Below, in pieces: positions 21,782 through 31,644 of a stretch of DNA of 64,000 nucleotides. Position 1 is the stretch's first letter, and every line of letters begins with the position of its first letter. This stretch comes from Deltaproteobacteria bacterium (GTDB taxonomy: Bacteria; Myxococcota_A; UBA9160; SMWR01): positions 1 to 64,000 of the forward strand of contig JAQBGU010000143.1 of assembly GCA_032128375.1 (NCBI GenBank). The letters run 5' to 3'. The notes below the pieces were generated by a model. That model worked only from the letters and a program-made list of their open reading frames with translations. It did no database searches and was not told the origin of the DNA. The translations under genes and the position numbers were made by a program.

Positions 21782-22528
21782 CTAGCGATAGAACGCGCGG
21801 CGCCAGCCGTTTTTGTGGAACGGCTTCCATCCCCCCTCGGCCTGGCTCAGCCGCTCCGCGACCGCATACAGCACGACCGGATTCAAACCGAGTCCACAGT
21901 GACTGCCGACAACTTCGATGTTTTCTGTGTGGTCGGTCTCGGGTTCGAGACATGCACGCCAGTGCACGACTCCGTCGGTCTTCGTGAATATCGATGTTGA
22001 CGGCACATCCGGCGGCTCGCGCAGGCTCCTGGCGAAATCCGAGCGGGGCGCGGAATCGCTCCGCCCGATGCGCCTGAATAGACGGCTCGCATTGCTCGCC
22101 CGTCCGACGTCCGCGAACGGGCTGCCAAGCGTCACGACCTGACGCACATGGTCGGGCAACTGCTTGGCTAGTTCGCGCGCATACACGCCGCCGAGGCTCC
22201 AACCAACGATCGAGACCTTCTGCGCGTAGCGACTGGCGAGTTCTTCGACGCGTTCTTTCATTCCCTCCCGCACGCCAGACCCGGGTCCAACGTTGCGGCC
22301 GAGCAACCACGGGTGCGCGCCGAACCCCTGTCGCTTCAGGTATCGGCGCAAGGGGGTCGTCGAAGCGTCACCGGCTGTGAAACCGGGAAGCAGCAACACG
22401 GGTTGTCCATCACCGCGCGGCGCACGCCGCAGTAAAGGGGTCGCCGATAGCATAGTCGCGCTCTCGAACAGCGCGCGCTGCCCTTCGACGAACAGCAGTC
22501 CGAGCGGCGGTGCGCTCCCGTCTGCCAT
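21782..22528 (-). CDS. Alpha/beta hydrolase (lipase/esterase)
   Basis: PVLLLPGF, GWSLGG, TLGSP, DGVV, SHCGL. Confidence 0.9.
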   Translation of the reverse strand: MADGSAPPLGLLFVEGQRALFESATMLSATPLLRRAPRGDGQPVLLLPGFTAGDASTTPLRRYLKRQGFGAHPWLLGRNVGPGSGVREGMKERVEELASRYAQKVSIVGWSLGGVYARELAKQLPDHVRQVVTLGSPFADVGRASNASRLFRRIGRSDSAPRSDFARSLREPPDVPSTSIFTKTDGVVHWRACLEPETDHTENIEVVGSHCGLGLNPVVLYAVAERLSQAEGGWKPFHKNGWRRAFYR

Positions 22529-23991
22529 CAGGCGGGCACCTCGTGCTTCTTTGCCAGCTCCTTCAATTCTTGTAGCGCATCACCCAGGTAGTCCATCAGG
22601 TCCCAGACATCCGGCATCAATTCGCGACACGCGATGATTCCGAAGTCGAGACTGCCGTTGTAACTCTGAACAGTGATGTTCAACCCGACCCCATCGTTGA
22701 TCGCGGAAACGGGATAGTTGGCAACGAGCTGCGCGCCGATTCCGTAGATCGGGAATTGCGGTCCGGGCACGTTCGAGATGACAACGTTGAACGGAACGTC
22801 GACCCAGTTCGCGACGGTCGCACGCGCAATCACCCGGGCGGCACGCGCCGCTACAGCCGGCGGCGCAAATTGCGCGAAGTCCTGCAACAGGTTCGCGGGC
22901 AGCGCCTTGTGCTGCTCCTTCGCGACGCGCATCGATTCGTGGATGCGCGCGAGTCGCTGGACCGGGTCGGCGACGTGCGTGTGCAGCGAAGCGCTCATCG
23001 CCGACACCTGGTTGCCGAACGTTCCCTGCTGCTCTTCCGTCCGAACGGAAACCGGCACCATCGCGATCAGCGGGTCCGCGGGCAGCTCGTTGCGCTCTTC
23101 GAGATAGCGTCGCAGCGCTCCAGCACACAGCCCCATCACGACGTCGTTGACCGTCACGCCGAATTCGTTCTTGATCTCCTTTACCTCTTCGAGACTCAAC
23201 GACCCGTACGCGAAGCGGCGATGCGGCGTGATCGAGTCGTTGAACGACGTGCGCGGTGCCGCAGTGGCTGCCACGGACAGCATCGGATCGGGCTTGCGGC
23301 CGAGCGCGCGATTGATCAAGGAGGTCCCGGGCAGTTCACCAAAGCCGATGCTCTTGGCGAGGCCTGGCAGATGTCGAACGGCCTGCCGCGCCAGGCGAAA
23401 GCCTTTGCGCGGTGTCCCCATCACCGCCCACACACCGCGCGCCATCATTTCGATCTCGCTCGGTTGCGGCTCGGGTCGCCACGCTCGGCGCGGGGCATCC
23501 ACCTTGCGCGGTTCTGGTGTCACGTCGAGCAGCGTTGCAAGCATCTCCGCGCCCGACACACCATCGATACAGCAGTGGTGAATCTTCGTCAGCTGCGCGA
23601 TCAGACCGCCCTCGAGTCCCTCGATCAGATACAGCTCCCAGAGCGGGCGACTGCGGTCGAGCGGGCGCGCGACGATGCGAGACACCTGCTCGGCGAGTTG
23701 GCGTCGATCCCCCGGCGGGGGGAGACCCATGTGGCGCACGTGGAAGTCGATGTCGAAATCGGGATCTTCGATCCAATACGGGTGATCGAGCCCGAGCGGC
23801 ACTTCGACGAGCCGACGCCGATAAGGTGGCAGCAGATGGATGCGCTCTTCGATCAACTGCTTCAGGTCATCGAGCCTCATCGGCCGAGACGCGGTCGACG
23901 GGTCGAAAACCGCCAGGCCACAGACGTGACCGTAGGTGGTCGGGGTTTCCATGTTCAAGAAGCTGGTGTCGAGACCGCTGAGCTGTTGCAT
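22528..23991 (-). CDS. Wax ester synthase/diacylglycerol acyltransferase (WS/DGAT)
   Basis: LSGLDTSFL, PLDRSRPLWE, HHCCIDG (HHxxxDG), TVNDVV, ISNVPGP. Confidence 0.95.
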   Translation of the reverse strand: MQQLSGLDTSFLNMETPTTYGHVCGLAVFDPSTASRPMRLDDLKQLIEERIHLLPPYRRRLVEVPLGLDHPYWIEDPDFDIDFHVRHMGLPPPGDRRQLAEQVSRIVARPLDRSRPLWELYLIEGLEGGLIAQLTKIHHCCIDGVSGAEMLATLLDVTPEPRKVDAPRRAWRPEPQPSEIEMMARGVWAVMGTPRKGFRLARQAVRHLPGLAKSIGFGELPGTSLINRALGRKPDPMLSVAATAAPRTSFNDSITPHRRFAYGSLSLEEVKEIKNEFGVTVNDVVMGLCAGALRRYLEERNELPADPLIAMVPVSVRTEEQQGTFGNQVSAMSASLHTHVADPVQRLARIHESMRVAKEQHKALPANLLQDFAQFAPPAVAARAARVIARATVANWVDVPFNVVISNVPGPQFPIYGIGAQLVANYPVSAINDGVGLNITVQSYNGSLDFGIIACRELMPDVWDLMDYLGDALQELKELAKKHEVPA

Positions 23992-24004
23992 GGGGGGTTC
24001 TCCT

Positions 24005-24296
24005 TCAGACACGTTGACACAAGAGGTGTTGAACCAACCCTCCCGCGTCGCCGATCAGGCGCAGTGTATCGTTTTCGAATTCGAACGTGCAGTTGAGATC
24101 TGTGCCGTTCCATTTCGGAAAGAGACTGTTCTCGATCCGCTGGATCGCGCTGTTTCCTTCGGCGTGGAACGTATCACTGTAGGCCATGCTGCCGGTGGCG
24201 GCCGCCGGATGGGAAATTCGCGGGGCTTCGCCGGGCCTGCATGTACCCATCGGAAAATCGCCATCTCCCGACGAAGCAGACTTCGGCCTCGGTCAT
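24005..24296 (-). pseudogene. Lipocalin-like domain protein, eroded
   Basis: FVGRWR..DGYMQA then, in another frame, AYS..F...SLFPKWNGTD..FEFENDTLRL; internal deletion plus frameshift. Confidence 0.6.
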
Positions 24297-25852
24297 GACA
24301 CCTGCCGATCCCGGCCCGCCCAATACGGCGCGCGCAGGTCTTTCTTGAGCACCTTGCCGCTGGCGTTGCGCGGCAGTTCGTCGATGAAGTCGACCGATCT
24401 CGGCCGTTTGTAGCCGGCGATCTTGCCCGCGCAGTAGGCCATGATTTCGTCGGCGGTCGCGTTCTCGCCAGCGCGCAATACGACGATCGCTTTGACCGAT
24501 TCGCCAAACTTCTCGTCCGGCACGCCGATCACCGCTACGTCGGCGATAGCCGGGTGTCCGAACAACGCGTCTTCGACCTCTCGCGGATACACGTTTTCGG
24601 CACCGGATACGATCATGTCTTTCGTGCGGTCCTGGATGTACAGGTAGCCTTCGTCATCGATGTAGCCCGCGTCGCCGGTGTGCAACCAGCCGCCGCGCAT
24701 CGCCTCTTTCGTGGCGGCTGCGAGATTCCAGTAACCACTCATCAGCTGTGCCCCGCGAGCGACGATTTCACCAATCGTGTTGTTGGGCAGCGGCACGTCT
24801 GCCTCATCGACGATCCGAATCTGCGTACCGGGCAGTGGACGGCCAGCGGACAACAACAGCTCGGGCTTACCGGCGAGCGCGCGTTCGTGGTCCTTTGCGG
24901 TCAGCAGAGTCAGCTGCGCGGTGGTCTCGGTCATCCCGTAACCCTGCATGAATGCGCAACCGAACACTTCGACAGCGCGCCTCAACGTGTCGCTCGCGAT
25001 AGGGGACGCGCCGTAGACGATCAGGCGCAGGTCGTCGTAGCTGCGTTCGGCGACATCAGGTACGAGTACGAGGCAAGCCTGGATCATCGCGGGCACCAGC
25101 GTCGTACGTGTGATCCGCTCGGACGAAAGCGCAGCGACCACCGCGGCCGGGTCGAAATCCTCGTGGATCAGGATCGAGCCACCGCTACCGAATGTGCCGA
25201 GCGCTGTCACCGCGGCGGCCGCGTGGTAAAGCGGTGCGACCACGAGTACCCGATCGGTGCGCTTCACTTCGACGGTCGGGATCTGCTGCATCAATTGTGA
25301 CAGCACTGCGCGCTGCGTGATGACCACGCCCTTCGGGCGGCCGGTCGTGCCGCTGGTATACATCTGGTAGAGATCGCCATCGGGCGACAGCTCGAGTTGT
25401 GCGGGCGTCGTGTCCTGTGCGGCCAGCCAGTCGCCGAAATCTTCCCAATCGGTACGCGGCCCGTCGCCGAGCGCGATCCAGGATTCGACCGAATCCAGGT
25501 CCGCGCGCAGCGACTCGATGGCGTCGCAAAACGGTTTCGCTGCGATCACCAGCTTCGAGCCTGAATCTTCGATGATGTAGGCGAGTTCCGGAGCAGCCAG
25601 TCGGTAGTTCAACGGGACCGGTACGGCGCCGACGCGGGACGCAGCCATGAACACGACGGAGTATTCGAGGCAGTTCTTCGCGAGAAATGCGAAGCGATCG
25701 CCTGGTTCGAGGCCGGACTGGCGCAGCGCGTTTGCGAAGCGGATCGATTCTGCCTGCGCGCCCGCGTAGGTCAGCGTTCTGTCCGCGCAGACCGCGAACT
25801 CGGCATCGGGTTGTTCTCGGGAAAAATAGTCGAGTGCGTCGTGAAGAAGCAT
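24293..25852 (-). CDS. Long-chain fatty acid--CoA ligase
   Basis: YTSGTTGRPKG, QGYGMTE, WLHTGD, DRTKDMIVSG, LPRNASGK; GGAG RBS. Confidence 0.93.
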   Translation of the reverse strand: MLLHDALDYFSREQPDAEFAVCADRTLTYAGAQAESIRFANALRQSGLEPGDRFAFLAKNCLEYSVVFMAASRVGAVPVPLNYRLAAPELAYIIEDSGSKLVIAAKPFCDAIESLRADLDSVESWIALGDGPRTDWEDFGDWLAAQDTTPAQLELSPDGDLYQMYTSGTTGRPKGVVITQRAVLSQLMQQIPTVEVKRTDRVLVVAPLYHAAAAVTALGTFGSGGSILIHEDFDPAAVVAALSSERITRTTLVPAMIQACLVLVPDVAERSYDDLRLIVYGASPIASDTLRRAVEVFGCAFMQGYGMTETTAQLTLLTAKDHERALAGKPELLLSAGRPLPGTQIRIVDEADVPLPNNTIGEIVARGAQLMSGYWNLAAATKEAMRGGWLHTGDAGYIDDEGYLYIQDRTKDMIVSGAENVYPREVEDALFGHPAIADVAVIGVPDEKFGESVKAIVVLRAGENATADEIMAYCAGKIAGYKRPRSVDFIDELPRNASGKVLKKDLRAPYWAGRDRQVS

Positions 25853-25865
25853 CGGAGACTCCATG

Positions 25866-25916
25866 GGTTGGCGCTTGATGAAGGTTGGCGCTTGATGAAG
25901 GTTGGCCCTTTGATGG
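25866..25916. repeat. 17-bp tandem repeat, 2 exact copies plus 1 degenerate
   Basis: ggttggcgcttgatgaa x2 then ggttggccctttgatgg. Confidence 0.9.
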
Positions 25917-25943
25917 TTCGGGGCGAGAATTTTCTTGCAGACG

Positions 25944-26491
25944 TCAGGCGCGACCGGCGATGCCCAGTCCGCCATCGACGACGCGCACCTGCCCGGTCAT
26001 CATATCGGAGCCTTCGACGATGCCCAGGATCGCAGCGGACGTCTTCCGGTTCACACACGCGACCGAGCAGCGATCGCTGGCCCATGTACGCCTTCGCGGC
26101 CTCGAACCCGGAACCCAGCGGACCCTCTAGCCTTGAACCGCCGATGAACCCGGGCGCGACTGCGTTGACTCGCAGTTTCGGACCCAGCACGCGCGCGAGT
26201 GTCACAGTGAGAATGTTCACGCCGGCTTGCGACGCGCAGTCGGGAATCGCGCTACCGATCCCGTATTGACCAGCCAAGCTCGACACGTCGACGATCTCGC
26301 CGCCGCCGTCTGCGCGCAGCAAGTCCGCCGCCGCACGCGCACTGGAACGGTCCCTTCAGGTTCACGCTGAGCGCGCGGTCCCGCGACTCGTCAGCGACCG
26401 CCTCGAGATCGGCGTGCGGCACGAGGCTCGTCGTGCCAGCGTTGTCGACCGGCAGATCGAACCGACCGAATTCCGACGCGCGAAGGAGCAA
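25944..26491 (-). pseudogene. Short-chain dehydrogenase (SDR), truncated and frameshifted
   Basis: FGRFD..VDNAG, VNLKGPF, RVNAVAPG and TGQVRVVDGG spread over different frames; YxxxK reads DCASQ; no N-terminal GxxxGxG. Confidence 0.85.
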
Positions 26492-26668
26492 TCCTGTGGT
26501 CGAAAATGTGGGGAATCAATGGGCAGCCGCAACGACGCAGTGCGTCTGGCGCAGGCTGGTCCAAGCGTTGGATTATGGCCATAACATATGGTTTTTATTA
26601 CATAAAATTCACTCCAGCAAGCAGACATTGACTCCTGACGCGATGCGTCTAAATTGAGCCCTGTGAGC

Positions 26669-27496
26669 ATGATTCCGAAATTCCTGAGGGTACCCGGGCG
26701 GTCGACCAGCGGACTCGCTGCTGCGGCTGGCCTACGGCTCGAACCCACCGAGGTCATTTCGACTCTGGTCATTCTCGAGCGACGCATCGAGGAACGCTTC
26801 CCGGGCTCGAACCTCGGTCGCCTCTGCGGCATCCTGCTCGAACTGGCGCGCAAGGCAGTGCTGAGGACAGAGTGGATCCGGCGTCCGCTGGTGCCACTGC
26901 GCGTCGGGGTCGCCGGACTCATGCTCGCCGTCTTGTTTGCGCCATTTGGGGCGCTGCGGTTCGTACCGGTGACGGTCGGCGGCCTGAACCTCGGCGAGAT
27001 GCTCCAGGGCGTAGAAGCTGGGCTGAGTAGCCTCGTGTTGCTCGGCGCGGCGCTCTTCTCTCTCACCACATTGGAGCGCAGGGTGAAGCGGGGACGCGCG
27101 CTGCGAGCGCTGCACGAGCTGCGTGTGGCGGCGCATATCGTCGACATGTACCAGCTCACCAAGGATCCTATCGACCCGCGCATGCCGCAAGCGGCCACCA
27201 AGTCGTCCCCGAAGCGCGACATGACACTCTGGGAACTCGGCCGATACCTCGACTACTCGGGCGAGATGCTCGCGCTCACCAGCAAGATCGCGGCTCTCTA
27301 TGTCGACGACTTCGACGATCCCGTCGTGCTCGCCAACGTCGACGGCCTGCACACGCTGCTCGACGGACTCTCGCGCAAGATCTGGCACAAGATGGATATG
27401 GTCGATCGGCTCATCGCCTCGCTCGAGCGGTCCAGGCCGTTCGAGTCGGCCGCCGGCAATGCCGTTCGGTTGGGGAACCCAGCTCCTACCCCCTGA
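26669..27496 (+). CDS. Conserved hypothetical membrane protein
   Basis: Two TM helices; ERFPGSNL, LHELRVAAHIVDMYQLTKDP, RYLDYSGEML, LSRKIWHK; start uncertain. Confidence 0.75.
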   Translation: MIPKFLRVPGRSTSGLAAAAGLRLEPTEVISTLVILERRIEERFPGSNLGRLCGILLELARKAVLRTEWIRRPLVPLRVGVAGLMLAVLFAPFGALRFVPVTVGGLNLGEMLQGVEAGLSSLVLLGAALFSLTTLERRVKRGRALRALHELRVAAHIVDMYQLTKDPIDPRMPQAATKSSPKRDMTLWELGRYLDYSGEMLALTSKIAALYVDDFDDPVVLANVDGLHTLLDGLSRKIWHKMDMVDRLIASLERSRPFESAAGNAVRLGNPAPTP

Positions 27497-27693
27497 AAGT
27501 GAGGCCTGTGGCTCCCTGCCTTGCCGACGAGGAACCGAGGAGGGAGCTCACTACTTGCCCAATCGGGTCGGAGTAACAGACGGAAAGGGCATCCGGGTTC
27601 CAGCAGAGGCGAACCGGGCCCCGTTGGCTCATCGCGGCTACCCGGCGTCATCGTCGGTTCCGGGCGCTGAGCGGGCCGATCTGCGGGGTGCGG

Positions 27694-28848
27694 CTAACGG
27701 GTGCTGACGAATCGCCGCAGCGCCTCCTGCTCCTTGGAGGTGAGGGTCTGCCAGGCCTCCCTGGCGGCGGCGGCTTCCCCGTCGTGCCGGAGCATGGTCT
27801 CGATCATCGGATAGTGGGGGATGCTACCGTCGTGGAAGTTGTTGTTCTGGTCGAAGCGCTGTCCCCACAGCGCGCTCGTCCGGAACTCCTGCTTACCGGC
27901 CTGTCCGAGGTGCACGTCGGATCGGTCCATGAGCCCCATGTCGTGCAACAAGAAGTCCGAGTAGGGGTGGAACTCGACGCCCTGCAGTGCCTCGATGTCG
28001 ATCGTCATGCCATTGACGGTGAAGGGACCGTCGGCCGTTCTTAGCGTCGGGGTATGACACGACGCGCAGCCTATCTCGGTGAAGATCACTTCGCCCTGTG
28101 CGACGAGAAGCCGCAGCGCTGCATTGACCACGGGCTCCGGGTGATCGAGCAGCAGCAGATACAGCCAATTCAGCACCGGGGGGAGGGGGCCCGTCTCGTC
28201 GAGGGCCATCCCCAGCTCTACGTGATAGGCGCCCCGGACGAACTCCAGAAGTGTCGCCACTTGATTTTGGGAGCCCCAACGCATCACCCGGCCAGTCTCG
28301 GGGGACCGCACCACGCGACCTCCGTTGCCGGCAGCCAGCTGATCGAAGACAGCGTCCGGTACGGCTTCTACGAGCCCGAGTCCCATCAGTTGCGGCGTCT
28401 TCCGGCTCTCCTGGGCGTTGGCCCATTCGGGAATCTCCTCGGCGAATCCGGAGTTGGAGAACTTTCGGAGTACGCGCCCGGCGGCTGGCAAGAACAGGTC
28501 CTTTCCGTCCGATCCGGTGACGCTCTGTCCGTAGATGGTCACACCACTACCCGGATAACCCGCAAGACCGTTTTGGGGGAAGTGGCAATTGGCACAGGTC
28601 GGCGCGTTGAAGAACGGGCCGACACCCTCTTCGCGGGTCCAGACGCGGAAAAACTCAGCCTCACCGAGCTCGAAGACGGCCATCTCCGAATTGACCAGGC
28701 CCTCGAGCGGAAACAGATTGGCCGGTCTGCCTTCTTGCGCTAGTGCTGAACCGGCGAGGAGCATCGCAACCGACGGGATGGAGATCAGATGGGAGCGGCA
28801 TCGCCTCGCCCGTCTACTTGATTTCTTAGTTGTAATCCCCAGCGTCAT
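27694..28848 (-). CDS. Di-heme oxidoreductase family (DUF1111/DHOR-like) c-type cytochrome
   Basis: Signal peptide; GPFFNAPTCANCH, GLGLVEAVPD, GCASCHTP, YSDFLLHDMG, FRTSALWG, HDG. Confidence 0.85.
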   Translation of the reverse strand: MTLGITTKKSSRRARRCRSHLISIPSVAMLLAGSALAQEGRPANLFPLEGLVNSEMAVFELGEAEFFRVWTREEGVGPFFNAPTCANCHFPQNGLAGYPGSGVTIYGQSVTGSDGKDLFLPAAGRVLRKFSNSGFAEEIPEWANAQESRKTPQLMGLGLVEAVPDAVFDQLAAGNGGRVVRSPETGRVMRWGSQNQVATLLEFVRGAYHVELGMALDETGPLPPVLNWLYLLLLDHPEPVVNAALRLLVAQGEVIFTEIGCASCHTPTLRTADGPFTVNGMTIDIEALQGVEFHPYSDFLLHDMGLMDRSDVHLGQAGKQEFRTSALWGQRFDQNNNFHDGSIPHYPMIETMLRHDGEAAAAREAWQTLTSKEQEALRRFVSTR

Positions 28849-29134
28849 GCGGCCCCTCCAAACCGGTACCTGTCTCGAGTGGAAGTGGCCGTCATCGCGA
28901 GTTGGTGGCGATGGAAGCCGCTTGTGGATGCTGCAATTGTCAAAAACCATCGAGAGTGGGGTGACAAACCAACGATCGACCCCGTATCGATGGAGAATTC
29001 CACGGGTGCAAAATCTCCCAGTCGCAGGACCCCGAACTACCACCAAGACGGCTTGCCATCTCCGCATCGCCTGAGAGTCGCGTGCTCATTGCCTAACACA
29101 CGAATAGGGCATCTTCTTTGCGGTTACCTCGGAC

Positions 29135-29356
29135 GGGGGGGGCTACACGATCCCGATCGTCGCCCCGGGTACCTACGACGTGACGTTCAGCGGTGGCCCC
29201 CTCGCAAATTCCCACCAGCGGACGATCACCCTCGGTTCGGTCAGCGCACTGCTCGACCTCGAGCCCATCGCCGTACCCGAACCGGAGCTTTCGCTTCTTG
29301 GCCCGATGGCACTCCTCGCGATCGGAACTGTGAGGACGCTGCGCCGGCGCACGTAG
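29135..29356 (+). pseudogene. Orphan PEP-CTERM protein C-terminus, frameshifted
   Basis: GGYTIPIVAPGTYDVTFSGG...AVPE; removing one A at about 29281 restores VPEPELSLLGPMALLAIGTVRTLRRRT*. Confidence 0.7.
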
Positions 29357-29579
29357 CTTGCACCCGCCACGCGATCGGTTTCTCGCCGATCAGACTCCAT
29401 CCCGGTGCGCCCGGTGCGCAACTACGGCGACGCACCAGACGCATTTCTGCGGTCTGGGCTGGGGAGCGCTGGTCGATCCCTCCACGCCCTGAACCCTACC
29501 CCGGGAGCCAGTTTAAACCTGATGGCCCCGGCAGTCGATAACGATTCTGGATCAATAGCCGTCCGAGTGATTGGAGCGT

Positions 29580-31487
29580 ATGGAGCGAAGAACCGTTCGA
29601 CGCGTCAAGCGCAGAATCACTTGCGAGTTCTTCCAGGAAGATCGCGACTACAAGGGGATCGTCCTCGATCTGGATCTCACAGGGCTGTTCATCCGAACCA
29701 ATGCCACGATTCCACCAGGTGTGGAGATCGACATTCATATGGCAGCCTCGGCGGCAGCCCCTGCCATGACGGTGCGGGCACGGGTAGCCCGCCGCCGAAG
29801 CGTTCCTGCGAACCTCACCTCGATCATCAATCGCGGGCTCGGCGTTCAGATTCTCGAGGCGCCTGCAGAATACGGGCTGCTCCTCGGTTTCGGAAAACTC
29901 GACTCTCCGATTCGGAATGAATTCAGTAGCAACACGACGATGCATCGCTCGAATTTCGATTCGGCCGATCCGGCTGCCAGCCAGCCGAATTCACCGGCCG
30001 CCACTCGAAAAGAATCGTTACCGATTCCGAGCACACCGCACGACCTGCGAGTTCCTCGTCGTCCAACCCCTTCGCGTAGACCCGGGAAAGCTTCGGGCCC
30101 GACCATTGGATGCAACGCGGATCGCTCATCCCGGAAGCCGCGGCCCTCGGCGACCGCCGTGCTCGTGGGCGGCGACGAGTTGAACGAGATCGCCGATGTC
30201 CTGGTGGAATTCGGAGTCGAAGTGATTCACCGAGAGCCCACGGATCCGGAGTTCGCGGTCCCGAGCGGCGCTCGGCTCCTCGTCGTCTCGGCGCGGCTCG
30301 CCCTCGAACACACGATACCGGTCGGCCGCCCGACAACGGTCAGTATCGCGGTCTGCGACGATGCGTCGAAGACGATCCGCTCGATGCTGGAGAAACGCGG
30401 CTTCCAATATCTGCTTCGCCAGCCGGTGCACGGCGAGGCGCTTCGATTGTTGTTTCGCTATGCGCTCTTCGACCAGCCGGATCGACGCACGCAGACGCGG
30501 CTTCCCTTCGGCTACGCGGTGAGCTGGCGGGTGGGCTGGCGGCGAGAGCGGGGGTCGCTCCTGGAGATCTCGCTCGATGGCTGCCGCCTGCTCGCTGCCG
30601 ACGCGCTGCCGTTGGACACTCGCATTCGAATCAAGATTCCAAGTGAGGTTGCGGGAGGCCGGACGCTCAGACTGCATGGGACGGTGATCCGCTGTTCTGC
30701 GCGCGGATCCCGCGATCGTCTGGAATGCGTCGATGTGGGCGTGGTCTTTGATGATCTGACGCCCAAGTTGCGCGACCAGCTGACTCGTTTCCACGACCTC
30801 TGGTCCGCGGGCCCTCCCGTACTGAAGAAGACGGCTCTGACCGAAGCCGCCGGATCTGAACCCGATCAGAACATCGCGGCAGTGAAGACTCGCGAAGAAT
30901 CGGAATTCCCGGGCTCACAGCCGCCCATCGTCGAAGAAGCAATTGACCAAGAGGCGATCGCCAGCGAAGCGATTGACGTAGCTCCGGCTACCCAAGCGGC
31001 CGACGAAGAGGGTCGCGACGAAAAATGGGTCGACGTCGTCACTGACGAAAGTGCTCCGGCTTCGACCGATCGCCGCCAGAATCCGCGCGGTCGATGGAAT
31101 CAGGAAATTGTCGAAGTCGACGCCGAACAACACGTCGTTCAAGCGCTTCTCGGCCGCGATCTCTCGATGGGTGGCGTCCGCATCGATCCCCAGGCTGGCC
31201 TCGACTCGGGGGACCCACTTCAGATCGCGATCTTCGACACAACCCGGCGAGAGCCGCTGATCTTGCATGCGATTGTTGCCCGAGACGACGAGCGTGCCGG
31301 CATGGGGTTGCATTTCGTCGATCTATCTGAGGAAACCGCGGCGCGCCTGGCGGAGATGATCGCTGCGTTACCAGCCGTGGAGTCGCTCGGCTCATCGGGC
31401 ACCCCCAGCGCGGTTCCGGCCGGGATCCTCTCGAACAGCGACCAGAATCCGTCGCCACAGAGTCAGTCAGCCAACCACACGAAATGA
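29580..31487 (+). CDS. Multi-PilZ domain protein (3 PilZ)
   Basis: RxxxR and D/ExSxxG-type pairs: RTVRR/DLDLTG, RTQTR/EISLDG, RQNPR/DLSMGG; low-complexity linkers. Confidence 0.85.
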   Translation: MERRTVRRVKRRITCEFFQEDRDYKGIVLDLDLTGLFIRTNATIPPGVEIDIHMAASAAAPAMTVRARVARRRSVPANLTSIINRGLGVQILEAPAEYGLLLGFGKLDSPIRNEFSSNTTMHRSNFDSADPAASQPNSPAATRKESLPIPSTPHDLRVPRRPTPSRRPGKASGPTIGCNADRSSRKPRPSATAVLVGGDELNEIADVLVEFGVEVIHREPTDPEFAVPSGARLLVVSARLALEHTIPVGRPTTVSIAVCDDASKTIRSMLEKRGFQYLLRQPVHGEALRLLFRYALFDQPDRRTQTRLPFGYAVSWRVGWRRERGSLLEISLDGCRLLAADALPLDTRIRIKIPSEVAGGRTLRLHGTVIRCSARGSRDRLECVDVGVVFDDLTPKLRDQLTRFHDLWSAGPPVLKKTALTEAAGSEPDQNIAAVKTREESEFPGSQPPIVEEAIDQEAIASEAIDVAPATQAADEEGRDEKWVDVVTDESAPASTDRRQNPRGRWNQEIVEVDAEQHVVQALLGRDLSMGGVRIDPQAGLDSGDPLQIAIFDTTRREPLILHAIVARDDERAGMGLHFVDLSEETAARLAEMIAALPAVESLGSSGTPSAVPAGILSNSDQNPSPQSQSANHTK

Positions 31488-31644
31488 CTGGCGCTGCATC
31501 CAACTTTCCGAGAGCTGGCGCGCATAACGCTCGGCGCTCGTACAACATGATCGCGATGGACGAGTCCGCCGTCTACCCAGAGGCGATTCCGTTAGGCAAG
31601 AAGCTATCCATCTTCGACCCCTGAAGCCCAGCGTCACTCTCGAC

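Noticed and set aside
25866..25916. CRISPR array (also considered for 38599 and 62599 repeats)
   Set aside because: Short tandem units with no spacers and no cas genes
26573..26612. AT-rich tract with palindrome ttatggccataa as a dif/Xer site
   Set aside because: No XerC-6 bp-XerD arrangement on either strand; at most a promoter or operator
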